From: an uncultured Actinomycetes bacterium
GTDB lineage: Bacteria > Actinomycetota > Thermoleophilia > UBA2241
DNA length: 64,000 nt
Direction of reading: 5' to 3'
Assembly: GCA_963845355.1 (NCBI GenBank)
Contig: CAWJRV010000041.1
Location: forward strand, 9,235 to 73,234
Position 1 is the stretch's first letter, and the number at the start of each line of letters is the position of its first letter. The notes below the pieces were generated by a model. That model was given only the letters and a program-made list of their open reading frames with translations. It did no database searches and was not told where the DNA came from. Made by a program: the position numbers and the translations under genes. This document shows positions 34,022 to 44,022 of the stretch, piece by piece.

Positions 34022-34972
34022 TCAGACCGGCGGCTTGGGTGGCGTCGGCGGTGCTGGAGGCGTTGGGTCGGTCGTGACGGGCGGCGCCGGCTGCGCCGCC
34101 GCGTCCGATGCGGGTTGCGGCGCCGCCTGAGAGGCCGCGGCGGGAGCCGGCGGCGCTGCCTGCGGAGCGGGAGCCGGAGCCGGAGCGGGCGTCGAGGTCG
34201 CCGCGGGAGCCGGCGCGGGAGCCGGCGGCGCTGCTTGCGGAGCGGCTGCCGGAGCCGGTGCGGGCGGTGCTGCCTGAGGAGCCGGAGCGGGCGGTGCTGC
34301 CTGAGGAATCGGCGCCGGAGTCGGTTCGGCAGGCGGCGGTGCCAGGGGAGCCGCTGCCGGAGCGGGCGGCGCCTGCTCAACAGGCGGGGCCGGCGGAGGC
34401 GGAGGCGGAGAGCTGGCCTGAGGTGGCGCGGGCGGCGCCGCGGTGGCCGCCCACGGCGGCGGCGTGGTCGGCGGAACGTACGACGAGCCGCCGGCGGGCG
34501 GTCCGTAGGACGTACCTGTCGCCGGGTCGTACGGCGCTTGGCCGGCCGGCGGGGCATAGGGTGCGAAACCGGCCGGCGCGCCGTAGGTGGCGCCGGCCCC
34601 AGTGCCTACGAAGCGTGCCTCGCCGAATCCGAGGATGGGATAGAACACGAACCACAGCAGCCACAGCCCGATGCCGAAGCCTGCGCCCTTGCCGAAGACT
34701 CTCGCCAAGTCGATCGACACGATGATCGTGACGACCAACTGCGCTATCGGAATGAAGTAGAGGACCACCCACCATATCGGGCGTCCGACGATCTCAAGCA
34801 GAACGACCAAGTTGTAGATCGGGATGATGGCGGCCCAGCCGGGCTTTCCGGCCTTGACGAAGATCTTCCACAACGACGCCACGTAAAGGATGGCGACGGC
34901 CAGCCAGATCAAGAGATAGACGCCCCCGAACAGGCCGCTACCGCTGGCCGCAAACGATGCGACGCTACTCAT
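34022..34972 (-). CDS. DUF5684-like membrane protein with a roughly 190-aa Pro/Ala-rich C-terminal tail
   Basis: 316 aa. The N-terminal WKIFVKAGKPGWAAIIPIYNLVVLLEIVGRPIWWVVLYFIP signature is followed by (A/P)-rich repeats such as QAAPPAPAP. Confidence 0.75.
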   Translation of the reverse strand: MSSVASFAASGSGLFGGVYLLIWLAVAILYVASLWKIFVKAGKPGWAAIIPIYNLVVLLEIVGRPIWWVVLYFIPIAQLVVTIIVSIDLARVFGKGAGFGIGLWLLWFVFYPILGFGEARFVGTGAGATYGAPAGFAPYAPPAGQAPYDPATGTSYGPPAGGSSYVPPTTPPPWAATAAPPAPPQASSPPPPPPAPPVEQAPPAPAAAPLAPPPAEPTPAPIPQAAPPAPAPQAAPPAPAPAAAPQAAPPAPAPAPAATSTPAPAPAPAPQAAPPAPAAASQAAPQPASDAAAQPAPPVTTDPTPPAPPTPPKPPV

Positions 34973-35090
34973 AGACCCTCCTTTGACCGGGTGCTCCGGT
35001 CGACGCGTACGGTCGAATCAAGGCACGCCCTTTCCCCACGACGAGCGCACTCCACCGTATTGTTCGGCCGAAGGGGGTCGCGTCCTTTAG

Positions 35091-35146
35091 GCCGGCGATC
35101 GACTGCGTCGTCGCCGTTCGGGCCGGCGTGACTTCGTGACGCGCCT
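35091..35146. repeat. copy B of the dispersed 56-nt intergenic hairpin repeat
   Basis: GCCGGCGATCGACTGCGTCGTCGCCGTTCGGGCCGGCGTGACTTCGTGACGCGCCT matches copy A (4363-4418) at 51 of 56 positions. As in copy A, it is preceded by a stop-like triplet (TAG here). Confidence 0.7.
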
Positions 35147-35247
35147 GGTGGCGAGCCTCGGGTCGTGTACGAGCCGGGTTCGACGACCCGCCACGAAGCG
35201 GCGTTGCCGGCGCGCTATCCGGCCTCGCCGCGCACGCAGGAGACGGG

Positions 35248-36939
35248 CTATCCGGCCTCGTGGCGCACGCAGGCGACGGCGCGGCCCGCCGCCGCGGCGC
35301 CCTCGCGCAGGCAATCGCCGATGCCGATGCCGTGCAGGTACCCGCCAGCGATCTCGATCCCCGGCAGGTCGGCGATCCCCGTCTCGATCTCGTCGATGAG
35401 CCGCCGGTGACCGACGCGGTACTGCGGCATGCCGCGCGGCCATCTGAAGATGCGCGCGAACAGCGGTTCGGCCTGCAGGCCGACGATGCTCGCCAACTCG
35501 TCGCGTACCAGTCGCACCAACTCGTCGTCGGGCAGCCCGGCCGGCTCCTCACGGCCGGCGCGCCCGACGAACGCGCGCACCAGCACACCATCGGCGGGCG
35601 CGCGGCCCGGGAACTTGAGCGAACTGAAGGTGCCGGCCATGATGCGCCGTTCCTCGGCGCGCGGCACGACGAAGCCAAAGCCGCGGAGCAGGCGCGACAC
35701 GTCGGCTCGCCGGTAGGCGAGCGACACGGTGGCGGTGCTCACGTAGGCGATCGACGCGAGATCTGCGGCCGTCGGCGCGTCGATGTTCTGGAGCAGCTCG
35801 GCCGCCGCGAAGGCCGGTCCCGCCAGAACGACGCCGTCGACGAGCTTCTCGGTGCCGTCCGACAGGCGCAGCCGGTACCGAGGGCGGTCGCCACCGGCGC
35901 GCGAGCTGTCGTCGCCGCGATCAGCCGGCGGGTCGTCGCCGGCGCGCGAAACCGGCGGATCGCCCGGCTCGCACGTCAAGTCGTCGACGCCCAGGCTGAT
36001 TTGCAGGTGGTCGGCCGGCAGATCGGCGACCACCGCGTCGGCCAGGTCGGCGAGTCCGGTTCGAAACGACAGAAAGTAGGAACGTGGGCGGCGAGCGCCG
36101 GCGCCGTTGGGCGCGGCCGCAGATGAAGCTGTCGCCGGGCGCACTGCACCTGACGCCGGGCGCGCTACGCGGGCCCGCGCGCGCCGCCTGCGGATCATGC
36201 CGACGATCAGGCTGCGATGCCGGCGTTCCATCTCGAGGAACATCGGAAAGGTGGCCTGCACGCTCATCTGCTCGGGGTCTCCGGCATGGATGCCGGCCAC
36301 GATCGGCTCGGCTATCTTGGCCAGCGCCTCGCTCCCCAGCCGCCGTCGCACGAACTCACCGAGGCTCTCGTCCCCGTCACCGCGACCGCGCGGCAGCAGC
36401 AAGTCGAGCCCCATGCGCAACTTGCCGCGCCAGCTCACGAGGCTCGAGACCGCGAACGGCACGAGCCGGGTCGGCACCATCAGGATCAGGCCTTCGGGCA
36501 GCTCGTGCAGCCGTCCGCCGGAATAGACGTAGCTCTTGCGGATGTCCTCGTTGGAGTCGAGCAGGCGGTCGTAGATGCCGACGGCACGCGCGAGATCCAT
36601 GGGCCAGGGCTTCTCGACGATGAACGAATCGGGGCCGCCCTCGACGACAAAGCCGTCGATGCGCTCCGTTCTCACCTTGCCGCCAAGGTAGTCGGCGCGC
36701 TCGAACAGGATCCAGTCGAACGGCGGCGCGGCTGCCGGCGGCGGCGCGGCGGCCGGCGGCGCGGCGGCTGGGTCGGCATCGGTCGCGGGCGGGACGGCGA
36801 CCGAAGCGGCGGCGTTACCGGCGGTGTGCGTGGCGGCCGCCGCTGCCGCCGCGCGACGCGCGGTCTCGAGAGCGTGAGCTGCTCCGAGGCCTGCCATGCC
36901 GCCGCCGATCACGGCGATGAGGGGAACGCGGTCGCTCAC
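35248..36939 (-). CDS. hemY: protoporphyrinogen/coproporphyrinogen III oxidase (HemY/CgoX) with Ala/Pro-rich insertions
   Basis: GTG 36939 overlaps the hemH stop (GTGA). Contains IAVIGGGMAGLGAAH, ERADYLGGKVRT and the C-terminal IEIAGGYLHGIGIGDCL. The track ORF extends spuriously to 37581. Confidence 0.88.
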   Translation of the reverse strand: MSDRVPLIAVIGGGMAGLGAAHALETARRAAAAAAATHTAGNAAASVAVPPATDADPAAAPPAAAPPPAAAPPFDWILFERADYLGGKVRTERIDGFVVEGGPDSFIVEKPWPMDLARAVGIYDRLLDSNEDIRKSYVYSGGRLHELPEGLILMVPTRLVPFAVSSLVSWRGKLRMGLDLLLPRGRGDGDESLGEFVRRRLGSEALAKIAEPIVAGIHAGDPEQMSVQATFPMFLEMERRHRSLIVGMIRRRRARARVARPASGAVRPATASSAAAPNGAGARRPRSYFLSFRTGLADLADAVVADLPADHLQISLGVDDLTCEPGDPPVSRAGDDPPADRGDDSSRAGGDRPRYRLRLSDGTEKLVDGVVLAGPAFAAAELLQNIDAPTAADLASIAYVSTATVSLAYRRADVSRLLRGFGFVVPRAEERRIMAGTFSSLKFPGRAPADGVLVRAFVGRAGREEPAGLPDDELVRLVRDELASIVGLQAEPLFARIFRWPRGMPQYRVGHRRLIDEIETGIADLPGIEIAGGYLHGIGIGDCLREGAAAAGRAVACVRHEAG

Positions 36940-37799
36940 AGCACCGCGCCGGGGGGCGAGGCCGCCCGCTGGGCCAGGTAGTCGCCCACGAGATCGGCGA
37001 GCACCGCGATGAAGCCCGGCGAGTCGTTCAGGGCGCGGCAGCGCAGGAAGTCCATACCGCACGAAACGGCGATCTCTCGCAGTTCGATGTCGAGGTCGTA
37101 GAGAGTCTCCACGTGATCTGCGACGAAGCCGAGGGGCACAACCAGAAGCTTCTTCCAGCCTGCCTCGGCGAACTCGCGCACGGCGGTGCCGGCCTCGGGC
37201 TCGAGCCACTCGCCGCCGCGCCGGCCCTTGCTCTGGAAGGCCAGGCGCCAGGTCCCGGGCATGAGGGCGGGCACGAGCCTGGCCGCGGTCTCGCGAAGCT
37301 GGTCGACGTAGGGGTCGCCCGCCGTCACGGTCTCGAGCGGCACGTTGTGGGCGGTGAGCAGCAGCGCGAACTCGCTCGGGTCGGCGCCGTCGATCGTCTC
37401 GTTGATGCGATGGCTGAGCGCCGCCAGGTACCGGGGATCGGCATACCAGCCGTCGACGAACGGCAGCTCCGGGTGGCCGGCCGCCGCCAGGGCCGCGCGG
37501 TAGGCGCCCGACGTGAGCCGCGACGAATACGGCGAGAGGGGCAACACGATGGTGTGGCGCGCGTCGAGCCCGGCCAGGCACTTGGCGACCGTCGGCGCGC
37601 AGTACAGAAAGCCGGGCCGCACGCGCGGGCTTCCGGCGGGCAGCAAGTCCACGTTCGAGGCGAGTCGCGCGCTCAGCGCGAGCTGCAGAGCGGCGGCTTG
37701 CCGTCTGGTCATGTCGGGCAGTGGCGAGCCGCCGCCGATCGCCTGGTAGCGGCGCGCGACCGCCGCCACGACCTCGGGCCGCGGCGAGACGCCCGTCAT
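36936..37799 (-). CDS. hemH: ferrochelatase / coproporphyrin ferrochelatase (N-terminus probably extends to about 37883 through a non-canonical start)
   Basis: RYQAIGGGSPL, LSPYSS and FVADHVETLYDLD are present. In-frame upstream codons encode the conserved first strand VDVALLAFGGPESVADVGRFIAA, but no ATG, GTG or TTG is available there. Confidence 0.88.
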   Translation of the reverse strand: MTGVSPRPEVVAAVARRYQAIGGGSPLPDMTRRQAAALQLALSARLASNVDLLPAGSPRVRPGFLYCAPTVAKCLAGLDARHTIVLPLSPYSSRLTSGAYRAALAAAGHPELPFVDGWYADPRYLAALSHRINETIDGADPSEFALLLTAHNVPLETVTAGDPYVDQLRETAARLVPALMPGTWRLAFQSKGRRGGEWLEPEAGTAVREFAEAGWKKLLVVPLGFVADHVETLYDLDIELREIAVSCGMDFLRCRALNDSPGFIAVLADLVGDYLAQRAASPPGAVL

Positions 37800-37879
37800 C
37801 GCGGCGATGAAGCGCCCGACATCGGCGACCGACTCGGGGCCGCCGAAGGCGAGCAGGGCGACATCGACGGGGGCCGCTC

Positions 37880-38911
<1,032 letters not shown>

Positions 38912-39073
38912 GTCGAAAAGTCTCCGCAGCAGGTCGCGTTCGGTAGGGCGACTCCCATTCTAGCCCTATCGGTGACTGCGGACCGGGCGCCGCGACGGGC
39001 GCGGCGACGGGCGCGGCGTCAGGCGCGGCGGTGGTCGTCGCGACAGGCGCGGCGATGGCCTACGCCGGGATCG

Positions 39074-39427
39074 TCAGGCGCGCGGCCGGTACCCTTCGCT
39101 GAGCGCCGCCCGGCGGCAGGTGCGACACACGGAGACGTGGCGGGCAGTGAGCGGCGAGACCATGTGAAAATGGCCTGCGTGCTCACCGAGATGCTCACCG
39201 CAGAGGTCGCAGCGAGCGTACTCGCGCGACTCGGGACCAAGCGGCTGGGACTGCATTCTGGAGAGGGGCTGATCGGCGGAGGCACTCGCGAGAAGCGACA
39301 ACGCGGCCGGATCGGTCGTTGTTGCGACCGCTGCGCCGGGCGACGGCGTGAGGGCTGCGGGCGCTGAGGCGAGGGCCGCGGGGGGCGGAGCTGGGCGGTC
39401 TGGCGACCGTGCGGAAGCATGTTCCAC
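39074..39427 (-). CDS. hypothetical protein with C-terminal Cys/His-rich (zinc-ribbon-like) segment
   Basis: GTG 39427 after AGGAGA. The C-terminus is CDLCGEHLGEHAGHFHMVSPLTARHVSVCRTCRR. The track ORF start at 39640 lies in the AT-rich promoter island and is less likely. Confidence 0.4.
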   Translation of the reverse strand: MEHASARSPDRPAPPPAALASAPAALTPSPGAAVATTTDPAALSLLASASADQPLSRMQSQPLGPESREYARCDLCGEHLGEHAGHFHMVSPLTARHVSVCRTCRRAALSEGYRPRA

Positions 39428-39706
39428 AATGACACTCTCCTGTCCGGTGGGGGGACCGCCGCCGCGCTTGCTGGGGACCGGCGGCGGAGCGGGGTGTCCG
39501 GAGCGGTGGTCTTCTGGTACCCGGCGATCCGGCCCGGCAAACCCCTCGATGCGCAGGGAAAACGCACGGCCGCCGAGCTTAATATAAGTCACTCCATCAT
39601 GAATATGGCTCTTATCCCTGGCCGTGAGTGGAATAACCAATCCTCATTCGACAGATAACACTAGACTATCCATAATGGGGGTCACCGTCCGCGAGCAGGG
39701 GGAGCA

Positions 39707-40678
39707 ATGACGACGACCACACCCGACATACCGGCCGTGACCGGCGGCGTGCTCCTCTTTCGCAGCTGCCTGATCTCGACCGAGTACCCGGGCGCCGAAG
39801 CGGCCACGAAATGGCTCTTTGAGCGCTTCGGCATCGAGTACACCGTGCATCCCGAGCAGAGCTGCTGCACGGGCCTCGGCTACTACTCCGAGCTGGTGCC
39901 GGTGGCGACTTCGGTCGCCCTGGCCGCGCGCAACGCCTGCGTGGCGGTCGAGGACGGCCATCCCGTCATGAGCTACCTCTGCTCCACCTGCTATGCCATC
40001 AACAAGAAGGCGCGCAACATCCTGCAGGTGCCCGAGTACCGCGCCGACACCAACCGCGCCCTGGCCGGGATCGGCCGCCACTACGACGATCGCGTCGCCG
40101 AGACCGTGCGCCACAGTCACGTTCTCGAGATCCTCTGGGGAGCGCACCACTCGATCCCGGCGCTCGTCGAGCGCCGCCTCGACGGCATCAAGGTCGCGAC
40201 CCACCCCGCCTGTCACTACTGCAAGGTCTTTCCCGACGAGGTCGTCGGCGACGCCGAGAACTTCATGATCCCCGAAGATCTGCTCGACAGCGCCGGCGTC
40301 GTCAAGACCGGCGCCTACAACGAAAAGACGATGCACTGCGGCCGCGGCTTTCGGCAAGGGTTCGTCAACCCCGCCATCTCGATGGCGGTCACCCGCGAGA
40401 AGCTCCGTCACCTCGCCCAGGAGCACATCGACGTGCTCGTCCACATGTGCCCGAACTGCGCCATCCAGTTCGACCGCCATCACGAGATCCTCGAGCGCAG
40501 TTCCGGCGAGGAATACCCATTCGTTCACCTGCATGTACAGCAGTTGCTCGCCCTCGCCCTGGGCGCCGACCCCGACAAGGTCTGCGGCGTCGCGTCGCAC
40601 TCCCAGGACGTCGAGCCGCTGCTCGAGCGCATCGGCGCGCGCGACAGGGTGACCGTGGCAAGCGGGAGCTCCCGATGA
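39707..40678 (+). CDS. hdrB: heterodisulfide reductase subunit B-like protein (two CCG-type domains with variant motifs)
   Basis: 323 aa. The first domain has SCCTG...CSTC, and the second has HPACHYC...MHCGRGF...MCPNC. This is the overall HdrB/GlpC-type Cys pattern, but with CCT and HCG in place of CCG. Confidence 0.8.
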   Translation: MTTTTPDIPAVTGGVLLFRSCLISTEYPGAEAATKWLFERFGIEYTVHPEQSCCTGLGYYSELVPVATSVALAARNACVAVEDGHPVMSYLCSTCYAINKKARNILQVPEYRADTNRALAGIGRHYDDRVAETVRHSHVLEILWGAHHSIPALVERRLDGIKVATHPACHYCKVFPDEVVGDAENFMIPEDLLDSAGVVKTGAYNEKTMHCGRGFRQGFVNPAISMAVTREKLRHLAQEHIDVLVHMCPNCAIQFDRHHEILERSSGEEYPFVHLHVQQLLALALGADPDKVCGVASHSQDVEPLLERIGARDRVTVASGSSR

Positions 40679-43600
40679 GGGCCGGCGTCTTTCTGTGCCA
40701 GTGCGGCGGCAATATCTCCGGGGTCCTCGACCTCGAAGCCCTCTCGCAGGTCGCGCGCCAGCTCGACGGCGTCGTGCACGTCAGCGTCAACCAGTTCATG
40801 TGCGGCACCGAAGGGCGGGCCGACATCGAGGCCGCGGTCGAAGAGCGCGGCCTCGACCACTTCATCATCGGCTCGTGCTCGCGGCGCTTTCAGGGGCCGA
40901 CGTTCGAGCGGATCGCCCGTGAGCTGCGCCTCGGCGAGAACGCCGTCGCCTTTGCCAACCTGCGTGAGGGCTGCTCGTTCATCCACCGGGACGAACCCGA
41001 GAAGGCCCAGAAGAAGGCCCAGAAGATCGTCGCCGCCGCGGTGGCGCGAGCGGTCCATCAGAGCGATTTGCCGCGCTCGCGGACCTTCCTGCACCGTGCC
41101 GCGCTGGTCGTCGGCGGCGGCATCGCCGGGCTGTCTGCCGCCGAGGAGCTCGCCGACGCGGGCATCGAGGTGCATCTGGTCGAGCGCCAGCAGAGCATCG
41201 GCGGCTACATGGCCCGTCTCTCGAAGACCTTCCCGACCGAGGACTGCGCCATGTGCTCGCTGGCGCCGCGCCTTACCAACGCCGCGACCGACTCGCGCAT
41301 CCACGTTCACTCGTTGAGCGAAGTGACCAAGATCAGCGGACCTCCCGGCGAGTTTCGGGCCACGATCAGGCACAAGGCGCGATACGTCAATGAGAAGTGC
41401 GTGGGCTGCGGCGAGTGCGTGCCGGCTTGCCCCGTGAAGGTCAGAAGCGAGTTCGACTTTGGCGTGACCGAGCGCACCGCGATCTCGCGTCCGTTCGCCA
41501 ACGCCGTGCCGGCGACCTTCGCGATCGACCGCAAGGGCTGGTCGCCGTGCAAGACCGCCTGTCCCGTCCACACCTCCGCACAAGGCTATGTGGCCCTGGT
41601 CGCCGCGCGGCGTTTCGACGACGCCTACCGCGTGGCCAGCGACCCCAACCCGTTCCCGAGCGTCTGCGGTCGCATCTGCACCCACGTCTGCGAGACCGAG
41701 TGCACCCGCGGCCAGGTCGAGGAACCGATCGCCATCGCGGGTCTCAAGCGTTTCGTCGCCGACACCGCCATGCCCGCCGAACCGCCCGCGCCGATCCCGC
41801 CCGTGTACGGCGAACGCGTCGCCATCGTGGGCGGCGGTCCGGCCGGCATGACCGCCGCCCGTGAGCTCGCTCGCTTCGGCTACGCCGCCACCGTGTTCGA
41901 GGCGCTGCCCAAGGCCGGCGGCATGCTGCGCGTCGGCATACCCGAATACCGGCTGCCGAAGGATGTGCTCGATCGCGAGATCGAGCACATCCTGGCGCTC
42001 GGCGTCGAGCTGCGCGCGAACCAGCGCGCGGGCTCCGACTTCACCGTCGACTCGCTGCTTGCCGACGGCTACAAGGCGATCTTCCTGGCCACCGGCCTGC
42101 AGGCGAGCAAGAGCCTGCCCCTGCCAGGTCTCGAGCAGCGCGGAGTGGTGCGAGCCGTCGAGTTCCTGCGCGAGCAGGCGCTGGGCCAGTCGCCCACGAC
42201 GGGCAAGCGTGTCGTCGTCATAGGCGGCGGCGATGTGGCCTTCGATGCCGGGCGCACGGCGTTTCGCTGTGGCGCCGAGTCGGTCCATCTGGCCTGTGTC
42301 GAGGACGAGCGCACGCTGCCGGCCTCGAGCGAAGAGCTCGAGGAAGGGCGCGAGGAGCGGGTCGACATAGAGTACGCGCTCATGCCGGTCGAGATCCTCG
42401 GCGCCGACGGCGAGGCGAGCGGCGTGCGCTTCCAGCGTTGCACGCTGGGCGAACCCAACGAGCGGGGCTGGCGGCCGCCGGTGCCCGTCGAGGGCGAGTT
42501 CGTCGAGATCGAGGCCGACACGGTGATCTTCGCCATCGGCCAGGCGCTGGTCGACGATTTCCTCGGTGGCGCCGACGGCGTGGCCGTCGAGAAGGGCCAG
42601 ATCGCCGTCGACCCGGAGACGATGATGACGGGCCGGCCGGCCGTGTTCGCCGGCGGCGACGCCGCCGCCATGGGACCCTGGACCGCCATTGAGGCCATCG
42701 CGGCCGGCCGCCGGGCCGCCCGCGCCATCCACAACTTCCTGCGCGGCGAGCAGATGGTCGCCGTCTGGGACAGCGTGCTCGACAAGGCGAAGATCCCGCA
42801 CACCGATCTGGCGCCGCTCGAGCCGCAGGCACGCCGCATCATGAAGACCTTAGACGGCGTCACGCGGCGCACCACATGGCACGAGGTGCGGCTGGGCTTC
42901 TCAGAGGAGGACGCGGTCGCCGAGGCCGGTCGCTGCCTGGACTGCGCGGTCTGCTCGGACTGCCGTTCGTGCGTGGAGGCCTGCCCGGCCGACGCCATCG
43001 ACTTCGAACAGAAGCCGAGCGAAGAAGAGATCACGGTGGGCGCCGTCATCATCGCCACCGGCCACAAGGAGTTCGACGCCGCGCGCAAGCTGCCCCTGGG
43101 GTTCGGACGGCTGGACAACGTGCTCACCCAGAGTCAGCTCGCTCGCCTGCTGTCGGCCAGCGGACCGACCGGCGGCGAGCTCGTGCGACCGAGCGACGGC
43201 AGCGTGCCCAAGAAGATCTTCATGCTGCAGTGCGTCGGCTCGCGCGACTGCACCTCGACCGGCAACGAACACTGCTCGGCGATCTGCTGCCTGTTCGCCA
43301 CGTTGCACAGCTCGCTCATCATGCAGCACGACCCCGACGCAGAGGTGACGATCGCCTACACCGACCTGCGCGCGCCCGGCAAGGCTCACGAAGAGTACTA
43401 CCGGCTCGTCCAGTCACGCGGCGTGCGCTACGTGCGCGGCCGCATCGCAGAGGTCGTCGAGGAGCCCGACAAGAGCCTGCGGGTGCGACTCGAGGACACC
43501 GTCACTGGGCGCAAGTCCGATGAGCTGTACGACCTCGTCGTGCTGTCGGCCGGCCTCGAGGCAAGTGACGGCACGACCGACATCGCCCGCATCGCCGGAC

Positions 43601-44022
43601 TGCAACAGGGGGCCGGCGGTTTCATCAAGGAATACCATCCCAAGCTCAAGCCGGTCGACACCCAACGATCCGGCATGTTCGTGGCCGGCACGGCGCAGGG
43701 GCCCAAGAGCATCCCCGATTCCATCGCCCAGGCCAAGGCCGCAGCCTCGCGGGTCATGGCCATGCTCTCGACGGGGTTCGTGCTCACGCCGGCTCAAGTG
43801 GCTTCATCCGACGAGAGCGTCTGCATCGGCTGCGGCGTGTGTGAGAGCGTCTGCCCGCAGAGCGCGGCCTCGCTGGTCGGCGACGGCGGCGAGCATCCCC
43901 ACGCGCTCATCGAGGTCAACGCCTGCCGCGGTTGCGGCATCTGCGCGGCGGAGTGCCCGTCGGGCGCGATGACGCTGGGCGGCTTCTCCGACGACGAGAT
44001 CCTCGCCGAGGTGATGATCTGA
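40675..44022 (+). CDS. hdrA: HdrA-like FAD/Fe-S oxidoreductase with an inserted GltD/NfnB-like NAD(P)H-binding module
   Basis: ATG 40675 (ATGA overlap), 1115 aa. HdrA N-terminal Cys domain (FLCQCGGNI) and VVGGGIAGLSAAEEL. Insert: CKTACPVHT...PFPSVCGRICTHVCETECTRG followed by VAIVGGGPAGMTAAREL...GIPEYRLPKDV. It then returns to HdrA (MLQCVGSRD, CSAICC) and ends with two ferredoxin motifs. Confidence 0.85.
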   Translation: MRAGVFLCQCGGNISGVLDLEALSQVARQLDGVVHVSVNQFMCGTEGRADIEAAVEERGLDHFIIGSCSRRFQGPTFERIARELRLGENAVAFANLREGCSFIHRDEPEKAQKKAQKIVAAAVARAVHQSDLPRSRTFLHRAALVVGGGIAGLSAAEELADAGIEVHLVERQQSIGGYMARLSKTFPTEDCAMCSLAPRLTNAATDSRIHVHSLSEVTKISGPPGEFRATIRHKARYVNEKCVGCGECVPACPVKVRSEFDFGVTERTAISRPFANAVPATFAIDRKGWSPCKTACPVHTSAQGYVALVAARRFDDAYRVASDPNPFPSVCGRICTHVCETECTRGQVEEPIAIAGLKRFVADTAMPAEPPAPIPPVYGERVAIVGGGPAGMTAARELARFGYAATVFEALPKAGGMLRVGIPEYRLPKDVLDREIEHILALGVELRANQRAGSDFTVDSLLADGYKAIFLATGLQASKSLPLPGLEQRGVVRAVEFLREQALGQSPTTGKRVVVIGGGDVAFDAGRTAFRCGAESVHLACVEDERTLPASSEELEEGREERVDIEYALMPVEILGADGEASGVRFQRCTLGEPNERGWRPPVPVEGEFVEIEADTVIFAIGQALVDDFLGGADGVAVEKGQIAVDPETMMTGRPAVFAGGDAAAMGPWTAIEAIAAGRRAARAIHNFLRGEQMVAVWDSVLDKAKIPHTDLAPLEPQARRIMKTLDGVTRRTTWHEVRLGFSEEDAVAEAGRCLDCAVCSDCRSCVEACPADAIDFEQKPSEEEITVGAVIIATGHKEFDAARKLPLGFGRLDNVLTQSQLARLLSASGPTGGELVRPSDGSVPKKIFMLQCVGSRDCTSTGNEHCSAICCLFATLHSSLIMQHDPDAEVTIAYTDLRAPGKAHEEYYRLVQSRGVRYVRGRIAEVVEEPDKSLRVRLEDTVTGRKSDELYDLVVLSAGLEASDGTTDIARIAGLQQGAGGFIKEYHPKLKPVDTQRSGMFVAGTAQGPKSIPDSIAQAKAAASRVMAMLSTGFVLTPAQVASSDESVCIGCGVCESVCPQSAASLVGDGGEHPHALIEVNACRGCGICAAECPSGAMTLGGFSDDEILAEVMI

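Noticed and set aside
38912-39073. Short GC-rich direct repeats (GACGGGCGCGGC x2, CAGGCGCGGCG x3) downstream of the Cys/His ORF and upstream of hemE.
   Set aside because: These are low-complexity GC repeats of 11-12 bp with no symmetry or spacing pattern. They are indistinguishable from compositional noise in this genome.
39428-39640. The N-terminal 71 codons of track ORF 39074..39640 as coding sequence.
   Set aside because: This part runs through the AT-rich promoter island with atypical codon composition. A GTG with a good SD at 39427 begins the GC3-rich part.
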